Assembly: GCF_003611695.1 (NCBI RefSeq)
Contig: NZ_RAWE01000122.1
Span: forward strand, 1 to 28,986
Length of the DNA stretch: 28,986 nt
Reading direction: 5' to 3'
DNA from: Corallococcus carmarthensis
GTDB lineage: Bacteria > Myxococcota > Myxococcia > Myxococcales > Myxococcaceae
Position numbers and translations under genes: made by a program. How positions within the stretch are numbered: position 1 is the first letter of the stretch; the number at the start of each line of letters is the position of its first letter. This document shows positions 17,302 through 25,612 of this stretch, one piece after another. The notes below the pieces were generated by a model that worked only from the letters and a program-made list of their open reading frames with translations, had not been told where the DNA came from and searched no databases.

Positions 17302-17460
17302 GCATTCGAACAACCAGCGCAGCGGGGGTCTTCCGTATTCAGACCAGAAAGACACGCGGGGGGCCATGACGGCGCCCGCTCTGCCCCACAAGGCTTGAGT
17401 GGTGAAGCTGGTTCAAGAAATCCAGCAACACAAACCGCTGCGATATCGACTTGCACGACC

Positions 17461-18411
17461 ATGAAAACCCCTGAGAGACCTCATCGGAACCCGATGACCT
17501 TCATTGCAATGGTCATCGCTTTGATTTCCAGCCTCCCCAGCCCCGCGCATGCGCAGTCGTTCTGCTATTCGAACAGCGGCTCCACTTGCTACTACGTTTG
17601 TGGTCCATCGAAGCCGACTGCCCCCTACGGCACGATTCACCAGTGCACATGCGATGGCTCCTCCATGAACCTCTCTCCCTACGGTTCAGAGATGGGACCG
17701 ACATGTAACAGCATCCTCAGCACTTGCCTGACCACCGGAACAGGCGCTCCATCGAGTTGGACAACTTGCCCCCAGTGGCCGTGCCAGCCCGGCCAAGCAT
17801 GCGTGACCTCGTCCGGGTGCAATGGCACTTGCGTATTCACGCCACCCTCCGGCAGTCAGAGCACCCCTCCTGTCGAATGCGTTGCGCCGCCTTCAAGCCA
17901 GGCATGTGGTAGTACGTGCTGCGGACCCGATCAAATCTGCTCCAATGAGACCTGCAAGCCGCGCTGTGGAGGCGCCCCGTATGACCCGGCAACCCAGTGC
18001 TGTGAAAGCCAGGAGGTCTTGTCAAAGCTCCAGATAGCGGATCTGTCCAAGTGTCCCCATCGCACTGCCAGGCCCGGCTGGGATCCCAATGATCCCAGCA
18101 ACCTCAATGCCTGTGGCCCATCAGGGTCGAAACTCCCGGTTCCCGACTCCTACGGAGCGGCTGACTTCCGACCCGGCTGCAACGCGCACGACGCCTGCTA
18201 CGGGACCTGCAACAACAACAAGCTCATTTGTGACACAGGCATGCACAGCGCACTGGAGGCGTCCTGCAAGAGTGCCTACAGCAACTCCTCCATGGCCATT
18301 CAGAGGTCCCGCTGCTTGAAGGTCGCCGCTGTCTACGCTGTCTCGGTGATAGCTGGAGGGGGTACCGCGTACGACAACGCCCAGAAGGCAGCGTGCATTT
18401 GTTGTCCCTGA
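17461..18411 (+). CDS. Secreted Cys-rich protein with a C-terminal phospholipase-A2-like domain (tentative)
   Basis: The signal peptide is MKTPERPHRNPMTFIAMVIALISSLPSPAHAQS; an alternative ATG lies at 17494. There are more than 30 Cys residues. The C-terminus has GCNAHDACYGTCN...C...C...AAVYAVSVIAGGG, i.e. the HD-x-x-Y catalytic dyad pattern of secreted and prokaryotic PLA2s. The gene is lower in GC than its neighbours. Confidence 0.55.
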   Translation: MKTPERPHRNPMTFIAMVIALISSLPSPAHAQSFCYSNSGSTCYYVCGPSKPTAPYGTIHQCTCDGSSMNLSPYGSEMGPTCNSILSTCLTTGTGAPSSWTTCPQWPCQPGQACVTSSGCNGTCVFTPPSGSQSTPPVECVAPPSSQACGSTCCGPDQICSNETCKPRCGGAPYDPATQCCESQEVLSKLQIADLSKCPHRTARPGWDPNDPSNLNACGPSGSKLPVPDSYGAADFRPGCNAHDACYGTCNNNKLICDTGMHSALEASCKSAYSNSSMAIQRSRCLKVAAVYAVSVIAGGGTAYDNAQKAACICCP

Positions 18412-18456
18412 CCCTGGCTGCAGCTACGAAGAGAACCTGAAACTGGGCAAACGACA

Positions 18457-19050
18457 ATGAAAAACACTGCCAGGACATATGTGGGTTTACTGCTTGCGGT
18501 TGCTTTCTCAGCGGCATGTTCCGACCGCCCAGCAGAGCCCTCCGCACCTCCTCCGGGCGCGGCATCACGTGCAGCGCTCCTACAGGACTTGTCGGGGACA
18601 TGGGTCGGCACCCTCTCAATGAGTGGCGCACAGTCCACGGACGTCCGCTTCGAAATCACGGACAACAATGGCCAGCTTTCAGGAGTGGCTTTCGACAAAG
18701 AGCCCAGCAGCTCTCAGTTCATCAGGACAGGGACGTTGTCGGGAACCCGCACCGGGAACACGGCTCAGTGGACAAGTGACGGTGACTCCGTTTCCGGTAC
18801 GCTGAGTGGCAGTTCGTTCGCGGGGACCTTCACCATCGCCAACGATGGGTTTGGGCAGTCATTGACAGCGCAGGTGAGCTTGCAGAAGTCTTCGTGCGTT
18901 CCGGAATCGGATGGAGCCTTCTGTTCTCGGAATGCCTTCGCCTGCGGGACCGCGGTGTCCGCGGACAACTGTGGTGTCCGGCGAGTCGTTGCGAGCTGCG
19001 GTGTGTGTGCACCAGGGACGTCGTGCACCCAGCAGAACACGTGTCAGTGA
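18457..19050 (+). CDS. Hypothetical lipoprotein with a Cys-rich C-terminal tail
   Basis: The N-terminus is MKNTARTYVGLLLAVAFSAACSD (lipobox). The protein is 197 aa. A terminator hairpin follows the gene. Confidence 0.6.
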   Translation: MKNTARTYVGLLLAVAFSAACSDRPAEPSAPPPGAASRAALLQDLSGTWVGTLSMSGAQSTDVRFEITDNNGQLSGVAFDKEPSSSQFIRTGTLSGTRTGNTAQWTSDGDSVSGTLSGSSFAGTFTIANDGFGQSLTAQVSLQKSSCVPESDGAFCSRNAFACGTAVSADNCGVRRVVASCGVCAPGTSCTQQNTCQ

Positions 19051-19085
19051 ATGGGCCTGCTTCGCTCTCAAGGAAGCCTGAACCC

Positions 19086-19125
19086 GAACATCTGTCCGTC
19101 CTGACTCCAGCACGGACAGATGTTC
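19086..19125. terminator. Perfect 14-bp-stem hairpin between convergent genes
   Basis: gaacatctgtccgt / cctgactccagc / acggacagatgttc, followed by ttgcc. Confidence 0.7.
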
Positions 19126-19140
19126 TTGCCGCTCCGCGGC

Positions 19141-19830
19141 TCAGCCCCGGGCGGCCCGGGCGTCGCGGCCCCGGGCGCGGGCGGCCTTGGAGAGCAGGTC
19201 GCTCCCCTTCTCCTCGCCCTTCATCCACGCCTTCATGGCGGGCACCACCTGCTTGCTCCAGGCGCGGCCGGAACGCACGGTGAGGAACTCCTGCACCAGC
19301 GCATCCACGAGCGACGAGAGCTGCTCGGTGAGCTCCAGCCGTTCGGAGAGCTGATCATCCTCTTCCTCCGTCAGGAGCGCGGGCAGCTTGGCGGCGCGGA
19401 TGTCCAGGAACTCGGCATCCAGGGTGACTTCGTATTCGCGCTCGCCGTGCGACACGCGCAGGCGCGCCTGGGACACCAGCAGGCCCCGGTCCAGCGAGTG
19501 GCGGACGTTCTCCGAATACGGCGCCAGCGTGCCCTTGGCGCTCATCTCCGTGACGTCGCCGGCCACGCCGCGCAGCACCACCTTGCCCAGGAAGAGGACG
19601 ACGACACCCGCCTTGTCGAACTCCACCAGGGCGTCGCCCGACTCCGAGCGCCACAAGAGCCACGTCAGGAACTCGCGCCCCAGGTAGGCCCGGCCGCGCA
19701 AGAGCTGTTCGCGCGCCTTGCCCTTTTCGACTTCGGCTTCGTCCTTCTCCTCCTCGGTGGAGGCGCCGTCCACGCCCACGTCGCCCCGGGCGAACGCCGC
19801 CTCTTCCCTCGCCTGCTCACGCTTCGCCAT
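19141..19830 (-). CDS. rdgC: RdgC-like recombination-associated protein, C-terminal part (second of two overlapping ORFs)
   Basis: REFLTWLLWRSESGDALVEF...GLLVSQARLRVSHGEREYEVTLDAEFLDIRAAKL...LVDALVQEF aligns with the E. coli RdgC C-terminal half (ELTLTEWVRSGSAPQGF...[29 protein letters not shown]...LAALIQNLIEGLG). GGAGG lies 7 nt upstream of ATG 19830. It overlaps the upstream ORF by 14 nt. Confidence 0.55.
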   Translation of the reverse strand: MAKREQAREEAAFARGDVGVDGASTEEEKDEAEVEKGKAREQLLRGRAYLGREFLTWLLWRSESGDALVEFDKAGVVVLFLGKVVLRGVAGDVTEMSAKGTLAPYSENVRHSLDRGLLVSQARLRVSHGEREYEVTLDAEFLDIRAAKLPALLTEEEDDQLSERLELTEQLSSLVDALVQEFLTVRSGRAWSKQVVPAMKAWMKGEEKGSDLLSKAARARGRDARAARG

Positions 19831-20467
19831 GGGTCGCCTCCACCGAAGCCGTCGCCGGCAGGTCCAGGCCAATGAGCTCCGCCGTGGGGCCCAGGGCCTT
19901 CTCGTCGATGCCCGCGCGCTGCGCCATGGACGCGGGCGTGATGCCAATCACCTTCACCGCCAGGGCGCCTTCCAGCGCCACGGCGATCTCATCCACCGTC
20001 TTGCGCGACGCAGCCCAGATCTGCACCTGCTGCGTCTTCAGGTTCCACGTCACGTCCAGCGTGCTGGTGCGCGGCACCGCGCGCTGACGCAACAGCTGCT
20101 TGAGCTCCGCGCGCTGCTTGTTCTTCTCCGCGCGGGCGGGCGGGCGGCCGTTCTCGTTGGCGAAGGCGGCGGACCACTTGTCCAGCTCCGACTTCATCAT
20201 CGACGCGGGCACCTTGAGCGTGTCGATGCGGAAGGCGAACAGGGCGTACTCGCCATAGAAGAGGTTTCCGGTGGCGAAGTCGGAGGCCTCCGGGTTCTCC
20301 AACTCCACGAAACCGGCGGCGCGCTCCTCCTCGGAACGGCGGTCGATGGGCTCGAACGCATGGGACTTGAGTCCCTTGGTCAGCCAGCGCTTGACGTCGG
20401 ACGGCGCATCCTTGGCCGGCTCGGTCCGGAAGCGCGAAAAGGTCACGGCACCACGTAGGACAGGCAT
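19817..20467 (-). CDS. rdgC: RdgC-like recombination-associated protein, N-terminal part
   Basis: From MPVLRGAVTFSRFRTE, the segment ALFAFRIDTLKVPASMMKSELDKW...LLRQRAVPRTSTLDVTWNLKTQQVQIWAASRKTVDEIAVALEGALA aligns with E. coli RdgC ([29 protein letters not shown]...[45 protein letters not shown]). It stops at 19817, just inside the next ORF. Confidence 0.55.
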   Translation of the reverse strand: MPVLRGAVTFSRFRTEPAKDAPSDVKRWLTKGLKSHAFEPIDRRSEEERAAGFVELENPEASDFATGNLFYGEYALFAFRIDTLKVPASMMKSELDKWSAAFANENGRPPARAEKNKQRAELKQLLRQRAVPRTSTLDVTWNLKTQQVQIWAASRKTVDEIAVALEGALAVKVIGITPASMAQRAGIDEKALGPTAELIGLDLPATASVEATHGEA

Positions 20468-20658
20468 GGGGCGCGGCAGGATGGGGGGCGCGTGGCGCCG
20501 CGTCAAGGCACTCGGCGTGGCTGGACGGCGAGGGCCCGGGAATAGCCCGCGGGCAGGACCGTTTGCCCGTGCGCCGTCCAGCCGTGCACGTCTCCGCCCC
20601 ACCCCGCTGGCGGGAATCCATGACACTCCCAGGCACGCGACATACGGTGGCCGCCGCC

Positions 20659-22146
20659 ATGCGCCGCGCCCTCCCTGCCGCCAGCGTCGTTGCCCTTTTC
20701 CTGTCCGCCTGCACCCACGCGCCCGCCACGCCGGAAGGCGCCCCGCGCGACACCCTGCCCGGGGTGACGAAGGCCCTGCTGGAGACCCTGGAGGCGGACG
20801 GCGCGCTCACGGGCGCGTACGTGGTGGACGCGCGCACCGGCGAGCCCCTCTTCACCCACCGCGAGAACGTGCGGCTGTTGCCCGCGTCCACGATGAAGGT
20901 GGTGTCCACCTCCGCCGCGCTGTCCGCGCTGGGGGCGGACTTCCGCTTCGTGACGCCGGTGTTCCTGGAGGGCTCGCAGGCGGGAGGCCTGTTCCTGGGC
21001 GACGTGGTGGCGCAGGCGTCCGGGGACCCGTCGCTGGGTTCGTGGCGCTTCCCGGAGACGGCGCTCGCGTGCGACCGCATCGCGGAGGCCTTCCAGGCGC
21101 GCGGCATCCACCAGTGGCGCGGCAACGTGCGCATCTCCGGCACGGACGGCATGGACGGCGGCATGGGCCCCGGCTGGGCCTGGGACGACGCGGCCTATGC
21201 CTACAGCGCGGCGCCCACGCCCTTCGTCTTCCGCGAGAACGTGGTGGACCTGGCGCTGGCGCGCGCCCCGGGCTCCACCTGCGCGGACGCGCCCTCCGTC
21301 CAGTGGACGCCCACCTTCGCCACCCTGTCCGCGGTGGTGAACGTGGACGTCAACGCCGAGCGCTCGAACCTGGCCTGCGTGCGTGGCGGCGGCGGCGTGC
21401 GCTGCACGTGGCGCTCGCCCACCGGTGGACCGTGCCCCCAGTCCGCCGCGGTGAAGCTGTCCGTGGACGCGCCGGAGGCACTCTTCGCCGCGTGCGTGGA
21501 CGACGCGCTGGCGCGGCACGGGGTGACGCGGCTGCCCCTCTCACTGGAGGCCCCCACTCCGCCCATGCCACCCGTGCCGGTACCACTGGTGGAACTGACC
21601 AGCCCGCCCCTGTCGGAGCTGGTGCGCGCGACGAACAAGGAGAGCCTCAACCTGTACGCGGAGCGGCTGGGCATGCGCTTCGCGCGCGAGCGCACCGGCC
21701 AGGAAGGCTACGTCGCGCTGCGCACGGCCCTGGTCGCGGAGCTGGCGCGCCGGGGAGTGCCCACCAAGGACCTGCGTCCCGTGGATGGCAGCGGCCTGTC
21801 CCGCTACAACCTGGCCTCGCCCCGGGGCATGGCGCGGGTGCTGCTCACCAGCATCCAGGAGCCCTACGGCGCCGCGCTGGTGGACAGCCTGCCGGTGCTG
21901 GGCGTGGACGGAACGTTGGCGGGCCGCAAGACGACGCAGTCCACCGCGGGCCGCATCCGCGCGAAGACGGGAACGCTCACGGGCCAGAAGTGCTTCGTGG
22001 GCGTGGCCGAACGGCCGAACGACCTGGAGCACCCGCGCGTGGTGTTCGCGCTGATGCTCGGCAACATGGACGAGGGCACGAAGCCCAACGCCAACGAGAC
22101 CTTCGACACCTTCTCCACCGCCCTGGTGGAGTTGCCCCTGCGATGA
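20659..22146 (+). CDS. dacB: D-alanyl-D-alanine carboxypeptidase/endopeptidase, PBP4 family (peptidase S13)
   Basis: The SxxK active site appears as LPASTMKV. There is an SxN-type DGSGLSRYN motif and a KTG-type KTGTLTG motif. NKESLNLYAE is typical of PBP4. The N-terminus MRRALPAASVVALFLSAC is lipoprotein-like. The alternative upstream ATG 20620 gives an N-terminus that is not signal-like. Confidence 0.85.
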   Translation: MRRALPAASVVALFLSACTHAPATPEGAPRDTLPGVTKALLETLEADGALTGAYVVDARTGEPLFTHRENVRLLPASTMKVVSTSAALSALGADFRFVTPVFLEGSQAGGLFLGDVVAQASGDPSLGSWRFPETALACDRIAEAFQARGIHQWRGNVRISGTDGMDGGMGPGWAWDDAAYAYSAAPTPFVFRENVVDLALARAPGSTCADAPSVQWTPTFATLSAVVNVDVNAERSNLACVRGGGGVRCTWRSPTGGPCPQSAAVKLSVDAPEALFAACVDDALARHGVTRLPLSLEAPTPPMPPVPVPLVELTSPPLSELVRATNKESLNLYAERLGMRFARERTGQEGYVALRTALVAELARRGVPTKDLRPVDGSGLSRYNLASPRGMARVLLTSIQEPYGAALVDSLPVLGVDGTLAGRKTTQSTAGRIRAKTGTLTGQKCFVGVAERPNDLEHPRVVFALMLGNMDEGTKPNANETFDTFSTALVELPLR

Positions 22147-22183
22147 GCGTCCCGTAGGGGTCCACCCGCATGCGAGGTGAACC

Positions 22184-24364
22184 ATGAAGTCCCGTATCGC
22201 AGTGACGACCGCCGCGCTGCTGTTGCCACTCGTGGCCGGAGCCGCGGGCAAGGCGCCCGCGAAGCCCGCCGCCGCGGAGAAGCAGCCCGTGGAGACCACC
22301 TACCACGGCACCACCGTGGCGGATCCGTACCAGTGGATGGAGTCCGCGACGGATCCGAAGGTGCAGCAGTGGACCGACTCGCAGAACGCCTACACGCGCA
22401 CGTACCTGGACAAGCTCCCGGGCCGCGAGCCCCTGCGCCAGCGCATCACGGAGCTCTTGTCCTGGAAGTCGCCCGCCTACGGCGGCCTGGATGAACAGGG
22501 CGGCACGCTGCTGGGGCTGAAGTTCCAGCCGCCCAAGCAGCAGCCCTCGCTCATCGTGGTGGGCTCGGTGGACGACACGTCGAAGGAGCGCGTGCTGGTG
22601 GACCCCACGCAGGTGGACACCTCCGGCAAGACGACCATCGACTGGTTCCAGCTGTCGCACGACGGCAAGAAGGTCGCCGTCTCCCTGTCCAAGGGCGGCA
22701 CGGAGAGCGGTGACGTGTCCGTGTGGGACGTGGCCACGGCGAAGGCGATGCCCAACGAGCTCGTGCCCCGCGTCAACGGCGGCACGGCGGGCGGCAGCCT
22801 CGCGTGGAACGCGCAGGGCACGGGCTTCTTCTACACGCGCTATCCGCGCGGCGAGGAGCGGCCGCCCGTGGACCGCGAGGTGTACCAGCAGGTGTACTTC
22901 CACACGCTGGGCACGCCCACGGAGAAGGACACGTACGCGCTGGGCAAGGACTTCCCGCGCATCGCGATGACGGACCTGGAGTCCAGCGACGACGGCCAGT
23001 ACACCGTCGCGCGCGTGGCCAACGGCGACGGCGGCGAGTTCGACATCTACCTGCACGGCCCCAAGGGCACGTGGACGCAGGTGGCGAAGTACGCGGACAA
23101 GGTGGTGTCGGCGCGCTTCGGCGGGGACGGCGCGGCGTACCTGCTCAGCCGCAAGGACGCGCCCAAGGGCAAGGTGCTGCGCCTGCCGCTGGCCACGCCC
23201 ACCCTGGACAAGGCGACCGTGGTCGTCCCCGAGGGCGAGGCGACGGTGCAGGCCGTGGTGCCGACGAAGAGCCGCCTGTACCTGATGGAGCAGCTGGGCG
23301 GTCCGTCGCAGCTGCGCATGGTGGACCTGACGGGCAAGGCGCTGGGGCTGGTGCCCACGCTGCCGGTGTCGTTCGTGGGTGGCGTGGTGCGCCAGGGCGC
23401 GGACGACGTGCTCTTCGCCAGCGGCAGCTTCACCCAGCCAGCCGCGTGGTTCCGCTACACGGCGGCGGACAACAAGGTGACGAAGACGGCGCTGGCGCGC
23501 ACGGCGCCCATCGACATGAGCGACGTGGAGGTGGTGCGCACGGAGGCCACGTCGAAGGACGGCACCAAGGTGCCGCTCACCATCCTGAAGAAGAAGGGCA
23601 CGAAGCTGAACGGGAACAACCCCACGTGGCTCACCGGCTACGGCGGCTTCAACGTGTCCATCAACCCGGGCTACAGCCCGCTGACGGGCATGTGGCTGGA
23701 GCAGGGCGGCGTGTTCGCGGTGGCGAACCTGCGCGGCGGTTCGGAGTTCGGCGAGGAGTGGCACAAGGCCGGCTCGCTCACGAACAAGCAGAACGTGTTC
23801 GATGACTTCTATGCGTGCGCGAAGCTGCTGGTGGACCAGAAGTACACGCAGCCGAAGAAGCTGGCCATCCAGGGCGGCAGCAACGGCGGCCTGCTGATGG
23901 GCGCGGCCGTGACGCAGCACCCGGAGCAGTACGGCACCGTCGTGGCGCGCGTGGGCATCTACGACATGCTGCGCACGGAGCTGACGCCCAACGGCCAGTT
24001 CAACGTGACCGAGTACGGCTCCGTGAAGGACCCGGAGCAGTTCAAGGCGCTGTATGGCTATTCGCCGGTGCACCGCGTGAAGGACGGGACGAAGTACCCG
24101 TCGGTGCTCTTCACGTCCGGCGCCAATGACCCCCGCGTGGATCCGTTCCACTCGCGCAAGATGGTGGCCCGGATGCAGGCGGCGACGGCGTCTCCCAAGC
24201 CCATCCTGCTGCGCGCCAACGCGGAGACGGGCCACGGCATGGGCACGCCGCTGTCCGCGCGCATCGAGGAGGAGGTGGACGTCTACTCCTTCGTCTTCAA
24301 CGAGCTGGGCATGACGTACAAGCCCAACGCGACGAAGAAGGTCGCCGCGCCCGCGCCGCAGTAG
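22184..24364 (+). CDS. Prolyl oligopeptidase (S9A family), secreted or periplasmic
   Basis: A signal peptide is present. The N-terminal propeller begins with YHGTTVADPYQWMES, as in POP. The C-terminal alpha/beta hydrolase domain has the catalytic GGSNGGLLMGA (GxSxGG) motif and ETGHGMG (His). The protein is 726 aa. Confidence 0.9.
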   Translation: MKSRIAVTTAALLLPLVAGAAGKAPAKPAAAEKQPVETTYHGTTVADPYQWMESATDPKVQQWTDSQNAYTRTYLDKLPGREPLRQRITELLSWKSPAYGGLDEQGGTLLGLKFQPPKQQPSLIVVGSVDDTSKERVLVDPTQVDTSGKTTIDWFQLSHDGKKVAVSLSKGGTESGDVSVWDVATAKAMPNELVPRVNGGTAGGSLAWNAQGTGFFYTRYPRGEERPPVDREVYQQVYFHTLGTPTEKDTYALGKDFPRIAMTDLESSDDGQYTVARVANGDGGEFDIYLHGPKGTWTQVAKYADKVVSARFGGDGAAYLLSRKDAPKGKVLRLPLATPTLDKATVVVPEGEATVQAVVPTKSRLYLMEQLGGPSQLRMVDLTGKALGLVPTLPVSFVGGVVRQGADDVLFASGSFTQPAAWFRYTAADNKVTKTALARTAPIDMSDVEVVRTEATSKDGTKVPLTILKKKGTKLNGNNPTWLTGYGGFNVSINPGYSPLTGMWLEQGGVFAVANLRGGSEFGEEWHKAGSLTNKQNVFDDFYACAKLLVDQKYTQPKKLAIQGGSNGGLLMGAAVTQHPEQYGTVVARVGIYDMLRTELTPNGQFNVTEYGSVKDPEQFKALYGYSPVHRVKDGTKYPSVLFTSGANDPRVDPFHSRKMVARMQAATASPKPILLRANAETGHGMGTPLSARIEEEVDVYSFVFNELGMTYKPNATKKVAAPAPQ

Positions 24365-24379
24365 CCGTGCTTCTGTTCA

Positions 24380-24427
24380 CGCCCGTCTCCCGAGCCCCGA
24401 GGCCTGGAGACGGGCGTTTCTTCTTTT
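24380..24427 (+). terminator. Rho-independent terminator downstream of the prolyl oligopeptidase gene
   Basis: The sequence is cgcccgtctcc-cgagccccgaggcct-ggagacgggcg followed by tttcttctttt. Confidence 0.8.
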
Positions 24428-24452
24428 GAGTTTCGTGGCAGCCTGCCGCCCC

Positions 24453-24890
24453 ATGAGCCCGCTCATCCCCTACTTCATCCTTTCGCCCCTCGTCGCGGGC
24501 GGCCTGGCCTGGTGGACGCTCACCCGCATTGGACGGAAGCGGAATGAGCGCGCGAAGGGCTCGCTGGACGCGGTGGTGACGCGGCTGAAGGGACAGAAGG
24601 TGCTGGGCGCGGTGGACCTTTTCGTCCAGGACGTGTCGTGGTCCGGGGAGACGGAGCTGTCGCCGCAGAACTGCCGCGTCCGCGTGGTGATGGGCGGCCA
24701 GGATGCCAGCGCCATTCCCCCGCGCTTCGAAGTGGAGAGCGCACCGGGAGCGCCCCGTCCTCCGGCGGAGGTGCTCGCCGCGCTGCGCGTGCTGGATGCG
24801 CAGGCGACGGAGGCCTTGAAGTCCGGCGGCTGGAGCTGGCAGCGGCCCACGGTGGCCTTCGAGCCTGCGGCGGGAAATCCCGCGACGTAG
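24453..24890 (+). CDS. Hypothetical membrane-anchored protein
   Basis: ATG 24453 gives MSPLIPYFILSPLVAGGLAWWTLTRIGRKRNER, an N-terminal TM helix. The TTG 24426 in the ORF track would overlap the terminator T-tract. There is no recognisable domain. Confidence 0.4.
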   Translation: MSPLIPYFILSPLVAGGLAWWTLTRIGRKRNERAKGSLDAVVTRLKGQKVLGAVDLFVQDVSWSGETELSPQNCRVRVVMGGQDASAIPPRFEVESAPGAPRPPAEVLAALRVLDAQATEALKSGGWSWQRPTVAFEPAAGNPAT

Positions 24891-24932
24891 TCTGGGAGTC
24901 CGCCCGGAGGGGCCTCCAGCGTCACGCCTTCT

Positions 24933-25523
24933 TCAGCGACGACGGGGACCAGAGCCCGAGGGCGCTGGCGCGCCGTAGCGCAGCCCGTCGATGAGCAGGT
25001 CGACCATTCTCCGAGGGTAGCCGGGGCCGACCTCCGCGACGGGAACGCAAAGGTTCCCCACGCCCCGCAGGAGCTCGTACGCGTCGACGTCGTCGCGAAC
25101 CCGCCCCGCCGCCGCAGCAGCGGCGAGCAGCGACTGGAGCGCCGGCTCGAGGTGCTGCCGGAAATACGCGGGCAGCGCCTGATACGCCGGATCCTGGGCA
25201 TTGAGCGACGCGGCGAGCCCACGCTTGGTGGCGATCAGGCTCGTGAACCGATGGAGCCACCGCGTCAGCGCCTCGAACGCCTCATGCTCGCGTGCCAGCT
25301 CCTGGGCCGAGGCGGCGCAGGCGTCGATCTCGCGCCGGTACACGGCGGCGATCAGTTCGGACCGCTGTGGAAAGTGCCGGTACACCGTCGCGATGCCGAC
25401 GCCCGCGCGACTCGCGATCTCGCGTACCGGCGCGTCGACCCCGGACTCGGCGAACACGGCCTTCGCCGCCTCAAGCAGTGAGTCGAGGTTGCGCTGGGCA
25501 TCCGCTCTGTTGGTTTTCTTCAT
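24933..25523 (-). CDS. TetR/AcrR-family transcriptional regulator
   Basis: From MKKTNRADAQRNLDSLLEAAKAVFAESGVDAPVREIASRAGVGIATVYRHFPQRSEL the TetR HTH is evident. The ORF-track start at 25553 would lie inside the operator palindrome, so ATG 25523 is preferred. Confidence 0.85.
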   Translation of the reverse strand: MKKTNRADAQRNLDSLLEAAKAVFAESGVDAPVREIASRAGVGIATVYRHFPQRSELIAAVYRREIDACAASAQELAREHEAFEALTRWLHRFTSLIATKRGLAASLNAQDPAYQALPAYFRQHLEPALQSLLAAAAAAGRVRDDVDAYELLRGVGNLCVPVAEVGPGYPRRMVDLLIDGLRYGAPAPSGSGPRRR

Positions 25524-25535
25524 CGCCTTGACAAA

Positions 25536-25582
25536 CGGAACATCGTTCCGCATATACGGGTCAGTACCGGAACAGTGTTCCG
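25536..25582. promoter_or_regulatory. Two related operator-like palindromes sharing CGGAAC / GTTCCG half-sites, in the TetR and AKR divergent promoter region
   Basis: cggaac-atc-gttccg lies at 25536-25550 and cggaaca-g-tgttccg at 25568-25582. Both sit between the TetR start (25523) and the AKR start (25613). Confidence 0.65.
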
Positions 25583-25612
25583 TATACCCCAGCGATTGGA
25601 AGAGAGGAAGCC

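Noticed and set aside
16873-17460. Upstream 196 codons of the 16873..18411 ORF
   Set aside because: This stretch is open only because the frame has no stop codons. It crosses the AT-rich intergenic region and the 62-nt repeat, and overlaps the GDSL gene. The signal-peptide Met at 17461 is the sensible start.
20271-24235. Large overlapping ORFs 20271..22157 (+), 20503..21519 (-), 21977..24235 (-) and 22723..23805 (+)
   Set aside because: They are frame or strand shadows of the PBP4 and prolyl-oligopeptidase genes, which have catalytic motifs. These have none.
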